Virus record (IMG/VR): IMGVR_UViG_2049941000_000050
Direction: 5' to 3' (one strand)
Source: an uncultured virus (IMG/VR IMGVR_UViG_2049941000_000050)
Lineage: Duplodnaviria; Heunggongvirae; Uroviricota; Caudoviricetes
DNA: 64,000 nt
The position numbers and the translations under genes were made by a program. Of the stretch, positions 1 through 11,249 are shown piece by piece. Below the pieces are notes generated by a model that saw only the letters and a program-made list of their open reading frames with translations, did not search any database and was not told the DNA's origin. Position 1 is the first letter of the stretch, and every line of letters begins with the position of its first letter.

Positions 1-3
1 GCT

Positions 4-675
4 GTTGCAACTCGCACGTACGCGGAAGATGAAACTCAATGGAGACAATGTTTTCGGCGTTGTTAAAAAGTTGCAACTCGCACGTACGCGGAAGATGAAA
101 CTTTGCCCCAGATTTTCCAGCACTACGGGAATTTCGTTGCAACTCGCACGTACGCGGAAGATGAAACCAATGATGCCAGGNNNNNNNNNNATATGAACCA
201 TTGGGCGGGGCGTATCCACAATGGGGACGAGAATTTCCTGANNNNNNNNNNGGTGCTTTTGACAGAGGTTTTGAACTCCATAAGCGTAACTTCCCGATAT
301 TCNNNNNNNNNNCCCGATGGTATCGTTAACGGCGGAAATCGGTAGTTGCAACTCGCACGTACGCGGAAGATGAAACAGTTATTCTTTCGACTTNNNNNNN
401 NNNATTCTTGCGATTACGGTTTTGTCGCTGATTGTTGCAACTCGCACGTACGCGGAAGATGAAACCGTAGTGTTTCGGCGGGGAACAAATCCCCGCTGTG
501 TTGCAACTCGCACGTACGCGGAAGATGAAACCAATGATGCCAGGTCTGGNNNNNNNNNNCTTCCGCCGTGATTTCGTTGCAACTCGCACGTACGCGGAAG
601 ATGAAACCAATGATGCCAGGTCTGGAAAAGGTTTTGACCGAAAGTTGCAACTCGCACGTACGCGGAAGATGAAAC
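4..675 (+). CRISPR. CRISPR array 1, 8 copies of 32-bp repeat GTTGCAACTCGCACGTACGCGGAAGATGAAAC, spacers ~34-36 nt; leader probably off-window to the left
   Basis: Identical repeats start at 4, 70, 136, 345, 434, 500, 576 and 644. The GCT before repeat 1 matches the leader junction of array 2. Internal N gaps and a repeated spacer start (CAATGATGCCAGG x3) indicate imperfect assembly. Confidence 0.95.
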
Positions 676-692
676 GCGACCTTGGTTTGCGG

Positions 693-2258
693 TGAATTCT
701 ATGCGAGGCTAAAGACCTCGCATCTTCTTACTTCAGCGTTCTAACTTGACATCGGCACTACCAGTGCTTTTGACAGAGGTTTTGAACTCCATAAGCGTAA
801 CTTCCCGATATTCCGTCGGTACTGAAATCTTGTTATTGAATACCAAATTCTTGATGCTCAACATGTTCTTGGCACTGTGGATGTCCCTATCCTCGTGATA
901 TCCACATTCGCAGACATATGTTCGTTCATCAAGTCCGATTGAATGCTTCTTGCCACATTTTGGACACCACTTTGTTGTTGGGATATACTTGTCCAGCAAT
1001 ATGGTTTGCGGCAACGCCTTCAATTTTTGTTTGATGCGACCCATGCAGGAGTGCTGAACCTGTTTTCCAAACACACCTTTTTGCCAACTTGATATTTGTT
1101 CATCTTGCATGACAATACAATCATATTGCTTCAGCATATGAACTATCTTGTTCGCCTTGTCTGATTTTTTGTTGCCAATCTTCTGGTATTCTCTTTGTAT
1201 TTTCTTTACTGTCTTGTATCTATTGCTAGAACCTTTTTCTCTGCGAAACATCTCTCTTTGAAGTTTCTTGAGTCGTTCACTTTCTTCAATAGATACATCT
1301 ATCTTTTGTCCTTCGCTTGTTGTTATGTTGGTCTTGATGCCAAAGTCCAGACCAATTTCCCTCCCATTTGTCTTTTGTGTTTTCCAATTTTCCTTGTTGA
1401 TGAAACATACCACTTTCAGATAATATCCATCTGGCTTTTTCACCAAGTTTGCATTTGCCAATTCGTCAGCAATTTGAAGTTGTCCACCAGTCTTCACCAG
1501 AACATCGCCATGTATGCCTTGAATTTTCACCTTGTTGCACGACTTGAACTTATATGTTGTTCCATATTGCTTCAGGGGGATGCAAGCCAATTCTGACTTG
1601 AATTGCAAGTTGCCATGTTTTTGATGCCCCCTTTTGACTAATGAACAAATAGCCTTTTCATTTTGCGCCATTCTTGTGAGGATTGCTTGCTTTTGCTGAC
1701 CACTCAATACCTTCAATTCAGACTCGATTGAATTCTTGTCTTTGTCATAATGAACTACGGTTTTGATGCTGGTCGTATTGATTGCATTCAATTTCTGCCC
1801 ATTGTTGCGCAAGTTCAAAACGTGATTGTAGAACCATTTTCCCTCCACGAACAATTGCTCAAGTTCTTCTCGTTGTCTTTTGTTCAATCGTTTTTCCACT
1901 ATCTTGCATTCATAGCAACGAAGCACTTGATTTTGTCTGCGAAGTTGAGTAGCCAATAGAGCGTTCTTGATGGCAAGTTTCTTACCATCATCACATTTTC
2001 CTCTATTTTCTACTTTATTGTTCATCATATCTATTTACAATTATACAAAGATTCTCATTCTTCTTGTATAATATTTTTTACACAAATTTGCCGAAAATCC
2101 ATGTTGTTATCGTATATTATTTTGAATATTTTTCGCGTCAATTCACATGCGACACTAAAGATGTCGCATCTATCTTGACGCAATTCTTGTATAATATATA
2201 TTTGGAAAGGAATGGCGAATTCATCGCAACCACTGAAGATGGTTGCGTTTCCTTCGCC
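693..2258 (-). mobile_element. TnpB-only IS200/IS605-like element 1
   Basis: Right-end hairpin ATGCGAGG-TCTTTAG-CCTCGCAT followed by ..TTCA at 693-724. A distal hairpin motif at 2214-2258 is nearly identical to 33819-33863. Composition differs from the phage backbone. Left boundary approximate. Confidence 0.7.
733..2028 (-). CDS. tnpB: TnpB family RNA-guided nuclease (431 aa)
   Basis: RuvC-I GLDFGIK, RuvC-II-region MQDEQ, Zn ribbon CPKC..CEC, RuvC-III DRDIHSAKN. Confidence 0.92.
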   Translation of the reverse strand: MMNNKVENRGKCDDGKKLAIKNALLATQLRRQNQVLRCYECKIVEKRLNKRQREELEQLFVEGKWFYNHVLNLRNNGQKLNAINTTSIKTVVHYDKDKNSIESELKVLSGQQKQAILTRMAQNEKAICSLVKRGHQKHGNLQFKSELACIPLKQYGTTYKFKSCNKVKIQGIHGDVLVKTGGQLQIADELANANLVKKPDGYYLKVVCFINKENWKTQKTNGREIGLDFGIKTNITTSEGQKIDVSIEESERLKKLQREMFRREKGSSNRYKTVKKIQREYQKIGNKKSDKANKIVHMLKQYDCIVMQDEQISSWQKGVFGKQVQHSCMGRIKQKLKALPQTILLDKYIPTTKWCPKCGKKHSIGLDERTYVCECGYHEDRDIHSAKNMLSIKNLVFNNKISVPTEYREVTLMEFKTSVKSTGSADVKLER

Positions 2259-2267
2259 GAGTAAAGT

Positions 2268-2702
2268 ATGATGAAAAAGAACGATTTTCCGTGGAAAAGC
2301 ACGGGCAGGCTGTCCACGGCGGACAAAAAACGACTTCTCGAGAAAAGGGCGAAAGACGAGAAAGAGCTCCTCGAAAAATTGAAAATCCCGGAAAGGGACG
2401 AGGAAAGGTACCCGCTTCCGGACGAAAAGGACGCGGTCCAGGCATTTTCCTTCGTTTACATGCTGAACCTCGTGGCGTCCAACTACGACGGCAACCTGAA
2501 CTCCCTCCTTCTGAATTTCTACAAAGACTTCCGCGCCTGCCTCGACAAAAACTCCGGGCAGGAAGAGCTCGCCTCGCTGATTTCCTCCCTCTCGGGACTG
2601 AAAAGGTACCTCGCGGATTCGAAAAACCCGCTTTTCTCCCGGGAAGAAACCCCCGGGGAGGAAACCCCTCCCCCGGAGAAGAAAACCTTCCCGGAAAACT
2701 GA
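2268..2702 (+). CDS. hypothetical protein
   Basis: 144-aa ORF with phage-typical codon usage, followed by a GC hairpin and T-run. Confidence 0.6.
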   Translation: MMKKNDFPWKSTGRLSTADKKRLLEKRAKDEKELLEKLKIPERDEERYPLPDEKDAVQAFSFVYMLNLVASNYDGNLNSLLLNFYKDFRACLDKNSGQEELASLISSLSGLKRYLADSKNPLFSREETPGEETPPPEKKTFPEN

Positions 2703-2843
2703 GGGCCTCGTATTTCCCCCCCCCGAAAAGGGAGGGGGCTTTTCTTTCTCCTCCCGAAAGAGTGAACTACCACGACCCCAAAGATGTCGCATCTTTCTTG
2801 CCATATGTTATTGTAAATAACGGCAACAGGGGGCAGAAAGAAG

Positions 2844-3332
2844 ATGGCAATCAAGGAAAAGATAAGGGTCCAGAGGGACCTGGACCTGAAAAGGATAAAC
2901 GAGTCCGACGACCTTACCCACGACGAGAAAGTCTACCTGACCGGTCTCGTGACCGACGCGGCTGAATGCACGAACGGGTACGAAGAGCACCAAAAGGTCC
3001 AGAACCTTTCCGAAACGACCTTCGGGATAGTCACGCTCATAATAAAGCTCACCGAACAGCTCAACCAGAACAACAGGCTCACCGTAAAACTCGCCGAATC
3101 GATGACGTCGCTCGACGAGAAAATAACCTCGCTCAACGAAAAATACGAGAAAACCGAGGAATACATACACAAAAACCCGAAGCAGAAATGGGGGGTGGAA
3201 AACCTCGACTGGAAAGACACCGCCAAACTCATCCTCGTCAAACCCTGGGTATGGGTGTGCCTCGCCGCCCTAAGCTTCTCCCCGAAATGCATAGAGATGA
3301 TAACCATCCTTCTCAACCATTTCGGGCACTGA
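2844..3332 (+). CDS. coiled-coil protein with C-terminal hydrophobic segment (holin-like architecture, unproven)
   Basis: Heptad-rich middle and hydrophobic C-terminus LILVKPWVWVCLAALSF; GTAAATA motif at 2813. Confidence 0.55.
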   Translation: MAIKEKIRVQRDLDLKRINESDDLTHDEKVYLTGLVTDAAECTNGYEEHQKVQNLSETTFGIVTLIIKLTEQLNQNNRLTVKLAESMTSLDEKITSLNEKYEKTEEYIHKNPKQKWGVENLDWKDTAKLILVKPWVWVCLAALSFSPKCIEMITILLNHFGH

Positions 3333-3361
3333 AAAAAAAAATCCCGTATAATATTCCCGTT

Positions 3362-3784
3362 ATGGGAAACATTGCAACCTGGGCCGCCGTTTTCCCGGCG
3401 GCCTTAATTTTACTCTTCCTCCTGTACAAGAAAATAAGGTCCGACTACAGGAAATTCTGCATCGAGGAGGACGAGAGAGAGGAAACCGAGAAAATCGTCT
3501 CGAAAATAAACGCCCTCAGGGAAACGGTGCTCCGCTCCGGCGACGACGCGCTCAAGGCAAACCTCCTCGCGAAAATAGACCTCTGCGGGAAAATAATAGG
3601 CGACAGAAACGTCTCCGAGAGGAAACGCCTCTTCGGGAAACTCCTCGGGGTTCTCTCGCAGTCCCTGGAAAACCTAAGGAAAACATACGACGTCGCGGAA
3701 GCCCTCTCCCCGATAAACCTGTTCACGAGAAACCTTGTCCTCGAACACATAGACTATCTCAAAAAACTCGACTCGGAAAATTAA
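3362..3784 (+). CDS. N-terminally membrane-anchored hypothetical protein
   Basis: ATG at 3362, MGNIATWAAVFPAALILLFLLYKK, with TATAAT just upstream. Confidence 0.6.
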   Translation: MGNIATWAAVFPAALILLFLLYKKIRSDYRKFCIEEDEREETEKIVSKINALRETVLRSGDDALKANLLAKIDLCGKIIGDRNVSERKRLFGKLLGVLSQSLENLRKTYDVAEALSPINLFTRNLVLEHIDYLKKLDSEN

Positions 3785-4253
3785 AAAAAAANNNNNNNNN
3801 NNNNNNNNNNNNNNNNNNNNNNNNNNNNNNNNNNNNNNNNNNNNNNNNNNNNNNNNNNNNNNNNNNNNNNNNNNNNNNNNNNNNNNNNNNNNNNNNNNNN
3901 NNNNNNNNNNNNNNNNNNNNNNNNNNNNNNNNNNNNNNNNNNNNNNNNNNNNNNNNNNNNNNNNNNNNNNNNNNNNNNNNNNNNNNNNNNNNNNNNNNNN
4001 NNNNNNNNNNNNNNNNNNNNNNNNNNNNNNNNCGTAATTCCTTTCCTCCCAAAACCCTTTCCCCCTCTCCACTCTATTCCTCTCTCTTTGTTTCCTCTCT
4101 CTCTATTCCCTCTCTATTCCCTCTTTATTCCTCTCTCTTTGTTTCCGCTGTCTTTTTCCCCGTAGAAGAAATTCCCGGAATTCTTCTTGACAAACCTTCC
4201 CGGGTCCGGTATTATGTTCGGAGTTCTTTTTCTGAGGGAATGAGGATTCATAT

Positions 4254-5170
4254 ATGAACGACGAGAAAAAACCGGACGGGTACTGGAACGACAGGGAAAA
4301 TTGTTACAATGCGGCTAAAGAATTTAAGACGGTTTCCGAATTCAGGAAAAAATACCCCACGGCGTACAAACACTCTCTGAAAAACGGCTGGGTAAAAGAA
4401 TACGATTGGTTTTTCGAACGACGTAAACCGAGGGGGTACTGGACGGTCGAGAAAAGCCTGGAAGAGGCGAAGAAATACAAAACGAGAAACGAACTCAAGA
4501 AAAACTGTCACAGGGCTTGGGACACGCTGAGAAAATCCGGGCTTCTGGGTTCGTGCGGTTTCGAGGAAATACGAAAACCGAAAAATTACTGGGACGACCG
4601 CGAAAACTGCTTTAGTGCGGCGAAAAAATGCAAAACTGTTAGGGATTTTTCAAAAAAACACCGTGGGGCGTATTATTCCGCCAAAAAGAACGGGTGGATG
4701 GGGGACTACTGTTGGTTTCCGGAAACCCGGCACAAATGGACGTACGGGGAAGCCGAGGGGGTGGCCTTGAAATACAAAACCGTTAAAGAATTCAGAAAAG
4801 ATGACGGGACGCTCTATAATATCTGTCTGAGGCGCGGCTGGCTGGATACGTTTGACTGGCTGGGCCGGGACATAAACCCCCATGAGGGAAAAAGGGACAG
4901 CGTCTACGCGTACTTCTTCCCGGAGCGGAACGCGGTGTACGTCGGAAGGTCCGTGGACGTTTCGGCGAGGGACAAACAGCACCGGGACCCGGCAGGAAAA
5001 TCCCCGGTCTGGAAATTCGCGGGGAAAAACGGTCTGGAAATCCCAAAACCGGTCGTTCTGGAAAACTCGCTCTCGTTGCGCGAGGGTCTGGCAAAAGAGG
5101 ACCTTTACGTCCGAAAGTACAAAAGTGAGGGGTGGCGCGTCCTGAACAGGGCGAAAACTGGGGAGAGAAG
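4254..5170 (+). CDS. repeat-containing GIY-YIG-type endonuclease, apparently truncated or chimeric at ~5170
   Basis: Four ~50-aa repeats (KPxxYW...AKK.KT..EF.K....AY) then VYAYFF..AVYVGRS..R..QH..E. After ~5170 the plausible coding frame shifts to another gene's C-terminus. Confidence 0.7.
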
Positions 5171-5532
5171 CGGACGTGGGCGCGGCGGTCGCCGAAATCG
5201 ACGACGCGCTTCGCGGAATCGTCGACACGCCGTTCGTCAAAAACGGGAGATGAGAATCATGGGTGAGGAACTTACAAAACTTGCATCGGCGAGAAAAGAA
5301 TCCGACGCGACGCTCAAGGCTTGGAGAGAAAAGACGGCCCAGGAGTATTTCAGAACGGTAATGATGGCGTTGGGTGGGGGCGGTTGGGACACACTGTCCG
5401 ACCGTTCCTCAGCCCCGGTGATTCCGGGAACGGAAAGCGGCGGCGGGTGGAAATTCTCCCCACCCCTAAAATCCAACTGGTCGGACACACTGAAGCTGAC
5501 TTACGGCCTATTTCTGTTAAAAGGAAAGGACC

Positions 5533-6237
5533 ATGAGGTATTTCAGCGAGATTGAAAAGTTTCTGGGGGAAAACCCCACGGAGCTCGAAAAGCTTTACCC
5601 GAACGGGGTTTCCGAGCTGAGAAGGTTCGTCTCCGCCGGGAAAGAGTTTCTGGAGACGAAGCGCGTGTTCGAGGAGGTTCTGGGCATCGGCCTCGTGGTC
5701 CAGTTCACGGGCAGGCACACCAACCTGTTTGTAAATCTGACCCCGGTGGTGAGCTTCTCGTCCGGTTTCAGTGTGAACGCGAACGCGGATTCCGAGAAAT
5801 CCGGCGTCCTGGCGTTCTCGGAGCGGACCGAAACCATACTGAAAAAGTTTTTCAAGTACACCGGGAGCGACTATTTCCCGATGTCGTTCAACACCGTCAG
5901 TTATTGCCACGACAGGCAGTTCGCGGTCACCGTCCCGAGGTTTTCGTCCCTTCCCGAACTGAAAATGCTCCTGTCCGTGAACGGGATAGATTGCGATAGT
6001 GAATTTTTCAGGCTCTGTGGGGGTGGGGATGACGGATTTGTTCTGGTGCCGAGGGAGGAGTTCCTGAAGTACCCGAACGTCTTCACCCGCGTTCCGGAGC
6101 GGGATTCGTCGGAAGGTGGGGTCAAGGAAAAGCTCATGCAGTTTATGGAGTTTTTCGAACGCCACGGCGGGGAAGGGAGCGTTCCGCGAGAGGTGCTGTT
6201 TTCCATGAACAAACTCTTCGAGACGGCGTTATCTTAA
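5533..6237 (+). CDS. hypothetical protein, paralog family A
   Basis: Motif VPRFSSLPELKMLLSVNGID. Confidence 0.7.
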   Translation: MRYFSEIEKFLGENPTELEKLYPNGVSELRRFVSAGKEFLETKRVFEEVLGIGLVVQFTGRHTNLFVNLTPVVSFSSGFSVNANADSEKSGVLAFSERTETILKKFFKYTGSDYFPMSFNTVSYCHDRQFAVTVPRFSSLPELKMLLSVNGIDCDSEFFRLCGGGDDGFVLVPREEFLKYPNVFTRVPERDSSEGGVKEKLMQFMEFFERHGGEGSVPREVLFSMNKLFETALS

Positions 6238-6317
6238 AAAAAAGAAAATTCCCCTTGACAAAACGACCGGCGGCGTGCTAACATACGCGGCGTTGAAACA
6301 AAGAAAGGGACAGAGGA

Positions 6318-6524
6318 ATGGACAAGAGACGGAGACAACAGAGACTGACGGCAAGCCAGCTGGTGGAAATACTGCGGAAAAAAATAAGGGAGCACGGGGA
6401 CCTCGAAATCAGCGTCAACACCCAGGACGGGGGCTCATACTCCCTTTACGGGGAAGACTCCGTGAACGTGGTCACACGGGACTACAGCGACGGCTCGCAG
6501 GTTCAGACCATTGAAATCGGGTGA
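6318..6524 (+). CDS. small hypothetical protein
   Basis: TTGACA promoter at ~6255 and GAGG RBS. Confidence 0.6.
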   Translation: MDKRRRQQRLTASQLVEILRKKIREHGDLEISVNTQDGGSYSLYGEDSVNVVTRDYSDGSQVQTIEIG

Positions 6525-6615
6525 GGAGAGGGGAGGGGGGACCCGGAAAACATCTTGACGTTCCGGGTTCCTTCTCTTAAAATATGCGGCGTTTCATCAA
6601 AGAAGGGGGTTCTTC

Positions 6616-6936
6616 ATGGAAAAGTTAGAAATTAACCAGGTGAGGTCGTTTCTCGGCGAGTACAACAAACTGCTCGAAAGGGTCATCCGCGTCACGGATT
6701 TACTTAGAAAGAAAGCCAACCGCGGGGCGGACCTTCCCCTGGACAGGGGCGACTTATTTATTCTGAGGCACGGGGTCGTGTACCCGGACGAGGGGTTTGA
6801 GATTGTCGAGATAAACGGCGCGGCGTACGTTTCGTGCCGCGCCTGGGGCGGGTACGACGGGGAACCCGCCAACGAAACGTTCTATTTCCCGTTTGAGTGG
6901 CTTAACCTGACCGACGAAGAGTTGGAGGGGCTGTGA
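6616..6936 (+). CDS. hypothetical protein
   Basis: TTGACG-17-TAAAAT promoter and GGGGG RBS upstream. Confidence 0.6.
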   Translation: MEKLEINQVRSFLGEYNKLLERVIRVTDLLRKKANRGADLPLDRGDLFILRHGVVYPDEGFEIVEINGAAYVSCRAWGGYDGEPANETFYFPFEWLNLTDEELEGL

Positions 6937-7904
6937 GTTGAAGGGTTTGATTAAAAGGAGAGTGTAAAATGAAAAATCTGTTGAAGTGGTTCATAGGTTT
7001 GTTTTCCCGAAACCACATTTCACATGATACACGCAAGATGAACAAGTATCTGGTCGTGTGGCGGACGAAAGACACCGGCTGGGAGGCAAATGAGACCCGC
7101 GTATGAGCGGCTTGTGAAGAGGACATTCCCGATATTTTGAGGAAATTCTTTAAGTTGAGGAAGAACGAAAAATTCACCGAGCTTCGGGTTCTTCAGAAAA
7201 TTCGTCCACTTTGGATTGAGAAAGGAGAAGAGAAATGACAGACACGCAGTTGATTCTAATTGGCATCGCAACCACCGGCATATTCGTATCCATCTCGCTC
7301 ATCGCGATTATGAACAGTCTCGAAAACTTAGTGAAGGAAATTAGGTGTCTGAGAAGCGACCTCGTGGGCTTCAAGAGCTGGGAAGTGAACATTATCACGG
7401 ACGAGCTGATGAAAGTGGTTGAGCGCGAGTGCATGAAAGCCAGAAACGAAGGCTACCACGACTGCGAACTCGACCGTTCAGGCACGATTGGATGCTCAAT
7501 GGACTGAAGCAAAGGAGAAGTGAAAATGTTCTGAACGACAAGGGCAACATGGTTTCGTCAAACTGGTCCACCAACGAAGTCCTGAAGAAGATGGGCGAAT
7601 AAAGAGAGGAAAAAGACGAATGAAAGACGGCGAAATGTTTATCCCGGATACTGTTGGGGAGATGATTGAATTGCTCAAGAAGTTCCCGGCGGACTATGAC
7701 ATAAACTTCTACATCAGGAACGTTTATGACAACGGGTCTGTGTATGACGAATCTGCCTACAGGATGAAGGTGGAGTCTTCTGAATATAGGGGCGGAGTGG
7801 ATATTACGGTAATCTGAGCGAAAAAAGTTGAAAAAAGTTCGTTCGGAATGGTACGCCGCGATTGAGGGGGCGACGCGAAGGCTGAGGGGAACGGGGTTCC
7901 GCGG

Positions 7905-8309
7905 ATGAAATTCGATAAAATAGAGAGGGAGGAAGAAATTTCTCAACGAGAAATGGGAAACGATGGAAACAGCAGATGGGGGAAAACCTGGTCAGACTGG
8001 ATTTTCAAGATTTTGCTCGTGAACGAACACAAGTACAACTCTCCAAAGGTGCTAATCGGGGAAGACGGGATTATGATGGATTGCTTTGACAAAACCGAAT
8101 GGTGGGAATTGTTATGCGGGTATTCAATCCAGACTCTCCCTCCGGAAGGAACGCTGTTTTTTCCATACGGCACCGACAATAAAAGATGTTCCATTGTCAA
8201 CGGAAAAAGCGGCATTGTTGCCCCGACGTATATGGTTTCCGACGAGCGGAGGAAACTTTACCTTCAGGGAATGTGGAAATTTGAAGAAAAAATTGACGAA
8301 TCCCCTTGA
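7905..8309 (+). CDS. hypothetical protein, paralog family B
   Basis: PPEGTLF and C-terminal GMWKF motifs. Confidence 0.65.
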   Translation: MKFDKIEREEEISQREMGNDGNSRWGKTWSDWIFKILLVNEHKYNSPKVLIGEDGIMMDCFDKTEWWELLCGYSIQTLPPEGTLFFPYGTDNKRCSIVNGKSGIVAPTYMVSDERRKLYLQGMWKFEEKIDESP

Positions 8310-8381
8310 CAAACACCCCCGATTATGTTATTATGACCGACACCAACACCAATAAGGAATCTATCAATGAAATTCGAAAGA

Positions 8382-8416
<35 letters not shown>

Positions 8417-8806
8417 NNNNNNNNNNTGGGAAACGCTGAAAAAGCTTTGGAAATACTGCGACTCATACGAAGAGTTTTCTTTAAAAGCCGACGTTTCGGG
8501 AATCGACGAATGGAATTTGAGGTTTTGGTTTTGGTATTTCGAGCTGACCGTGAACCACCCGGTTCTCTTTAACAGGACAGACCCGCCACTTTTGGTCGTT
8601 TTATTTTTATTCAATTTTTTATTTTCTATTTTCGCAGTAGCCATTTATGAGGCGTCGCAATCGAAATTTCCTTTGATATTTTTGTATTGCTCAATTTTCC
8701 TGTTTCTCATCTCGTTACTAATCAGCCTACCGCAGATTTCCCAGAAATACGGAGAATTGGATTCCGATTTCGAAGAGACATAATACCAACAAAAGAAGAG
8801 GATACT

Positions 8807-9121
8807 ATGAAAACAAATGGGTCCAATTTAGATTGGACAACGGCGAATACCACGGAAAACGCGGGAAACGAGGCAAAAACCGAAAAAACCGCAATTTGGC
8901 TGAACGGGGACGATTATGAGTACGAATTCGCGTACTGTTCAAACTGTTTCAGAATGGAGCATGCGGGATGGTACACCCATTCGGAGGCGCAGGAAAAAAT
9001 TCCGAGTTTCCACGAGGAATACCGGTACTGTCCGGGATGCGGGGCGAAAATGACTGGGGGAAGCTACATCCCCAAGAAAACAAACAGAGGGAGAACGAAA
9101 AATGGACGCAAACTTGGATAA
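8807..9121 (+). CDS. phage zinc-ribbon protein
   Basis: W..CSNC...YCPGCGAKM; GAGGA RBS. Confidence 0.7.
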   Translation: MKTNGSNLDWTTANTTENAGNEAKTEKTAIWLNGDDYEYEFAYCSNCFRMEHAGWYTHSEAQEKIPSFHEEYRYCPGCGAKMTGGSYIPKKTNRGRTKNGRKLG

Positions 9122-9377
9122 GAACGTTGAGAACACGGTCGAGAAGCCCGAAAAGGTTTCCGCCGAGATTGGGGAACTAAGGGACAGACTTTCCAAAATA
9201 GAAAAGCTTCTTGGGATTATAGCCAGATGCGAACTCGCTTCCGTGGCGTTAAACACCAAGAACGAACAGCTTTATTCGGACGACGTCGAAAGAGCGGTGT
9301 CTTCCCTTCTAAAAGATGCGAATGAAATTTAAGGTTTTAACCGCGATAGTTCTGGTTCTGGCCGTCTTCTTTTTTGG

Positions 9378-11249
9378 ATGCGGAAAGAAAAACAGCGACG
9401 GTGGGGACTCCGGTTCCCCGGAAATCCGCCCGTCGGAGTTTCGTTAATTGGAAACGGCAACCGCTTGAAGAATGAGCCTCTGTGNNNNNNNNNNTCCGAT
9501 TTGGTACTGGTGCAAGCCGGGAGATTCAAAGACCCGACATTTATAATAGGGTCCGAGGACGGCGTCGTTTACGACTCGTTCCCGAAGTCGGGAAACAGTT
9601 GGTGGAAAAACATCAAAACGTTCCAATACCCGGAGGGCGCAATGTTCTTTTACGCGAAAAACCCGACAGAAAGCGGACGCTGGTACGCCTGTGTCGGCGA
9701 AGAGAGCCCGCTTTGCTCGAGGGACGTTTCGGATTGTGAAAGAAAGACGATGATAAAAGGGATGTGGAAATTTGAAAACGTCTGACAAAAACAGATTTTC
9801 GGCTACGGGGATTCCCTCTACCCACATATTATCTATGACCGATTCACCTTTTGTCAAAATACTTATCACACACAGAAACAACGAATTGTTGACTATCGAA
9901 CGATACGGCATCGCTGGCAGTTTCAGACGCGACGGCAGTGCCGGACACGACCCTTTTCCGGGAATTGAGTTGAATGTGGTCATCCACGAAGACTTTGAGA
10001 CGTCGCTGAGTAGGTTTGATTACGATTATCTGGTCGTTCCCAACGACAGCCCGTTGCTAAAATTGTCCAAAGGAAGAACCGCGGGAGAGTTCAATAAACG
10101 CTGGAAATTAGACATCAGCGGAAGAAACTGGGTGGAAGAATCTGAAGAGGAAATTGATGAAAACTGATTCCGAAACGGTGGAAATTCTAACCTTTGAGGA
10201 AAAACCCATGAATACCGACACTGATAAGATACTTTACAAATTTTTGATTTCGGGAAATCGGGCGTGGCTGAATTATTTCGGGACGATTTCCCCGGGAATG
10301 GTCGTGGTGTTCAACGAAGAATACTTTAAAAGGGTGAGAATACACCTGTTTTTGGGAAAAAAATCCCCGCTGAAAAACCTCCCGAATCACGTATTAAAAC
10401 ACAACGCGGTGGAAAAAATGTGGAAATTCGACTTCAGAGGGGAAAACCGTGTTTAATGTGAACGACCCCTTCACAATTGACAGTAACCCGGACGAAAAGG
10501 ACGTGCGTTTCATGCTTTTCGACGTCGAAAGCGGAGAAACGTGGGGAAGTTTCTATTCAAACGAGGACGCGATGGAATATTCGGGAATGAGACATATTGT
10601 CCTTCCGCCCGGAACGATTTTCTACAGTTACGGAAGATACTGGGTGGTTGTCCCGCTAGTAAATGCTTCCGAAATCTCTTTCGCGAGGAGGAAAAAGCTG
10701 ATTGAGGAGTATTTTCAGAAAAGAATGTGGAAATTCATGTGGAAATTCAAATGCGAATGACATATTGGTGGTTATTGGACCTCGACAGAGAGGAGTTTTG
10801 CGGGGATTACCTCTCGGTGAAACACGCCGCGAGAGTCGCCGGTCTGAGACATTCGGTTCCGGAAAATACGGTTTTTGAGAGTTTCAACACAAAGTGGTTA
10901 ATCTTTCCCGGTCACAAAAAACCAAAATCGTGCTCTCTTGTTACCGTAAAATTGTCGGAAATGTGGAAATTCAGATATGATAATTAAAAATGAGGCGGAT
11001 AAAACCGTGTACTACCTTTATGTAATCAGAGACCCGTACCTCAAAATTAAAAGAGAGGAAGAACGAAAAGAGGATTTGATAATGCATTTTTCCACGCTCC
11101 ATGATGTCGGGAATTATACCGGATTCCAGTTTTGCCCGATACCGGAGACCGTTTTTGAGAGTTGCGGCTCAACGTGGCTGGTCAGTCGTAACATACGGAA
11201 AGACATCCAGTCTCGCGAAAGATGGAAAATCCTCCCCGAATCCGTATAA
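9378..11249 (+). other. tandem cluster of six small family-B paralogs (9378-9785, 9772-10167, 10154-10456, 10449-10760, 10757-10987, 10977-11249)
   Basis: Overlapping stop/start junctions; shared P(P/E)xT(V/I/L)F motif and C-terminal (M/R)WK(F/L/I). Confidence 0.7.

Noticed and set aside
191..302. Apparent self-targeting spacers in array 1 (192-241 = 13993-14042; 253-302 = 764-813)
   Set aside because: Each is a 50-nt exact copy plus one mismatched base, flanked by N gaps rather than repeats and longer than real spacers. This is typical of assembly-graph tips scaffolded in.
5..695. ORFs across array 1 (and 35232-36070 across array 2)
   Set aside because: They are translations of CRISPR repeats.
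733..2028. Calling the array-adjacent TnpBs (733-2028, 33959-35164) Cas12f
   Set aside because: Both retain IS end hairpins and foreign composition and are convergent with the arrays; there is no direct evidence of crRNA use.
2055..2965. Long alternative-frame ORFs (2055-2804 minus, 2243-2965 plus) and similar antisense ORFs elsewhere
   Set aside because: They are shadows of real genes caused by biased codon usage and show no RBS or motifs.
4040..4145. CT-rich CTCTATTCC-like repeats
   Set aside because: Low-complexity sequence beside a large gap with no supportable function.
6969..7238. In-frame TGA at ~7104 suggesting TGA recoding
   Set aside because: A single case in a small hypothetical gene, while TGA clearly ends many genes including the terminase. 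Probably a nonsense mutation.
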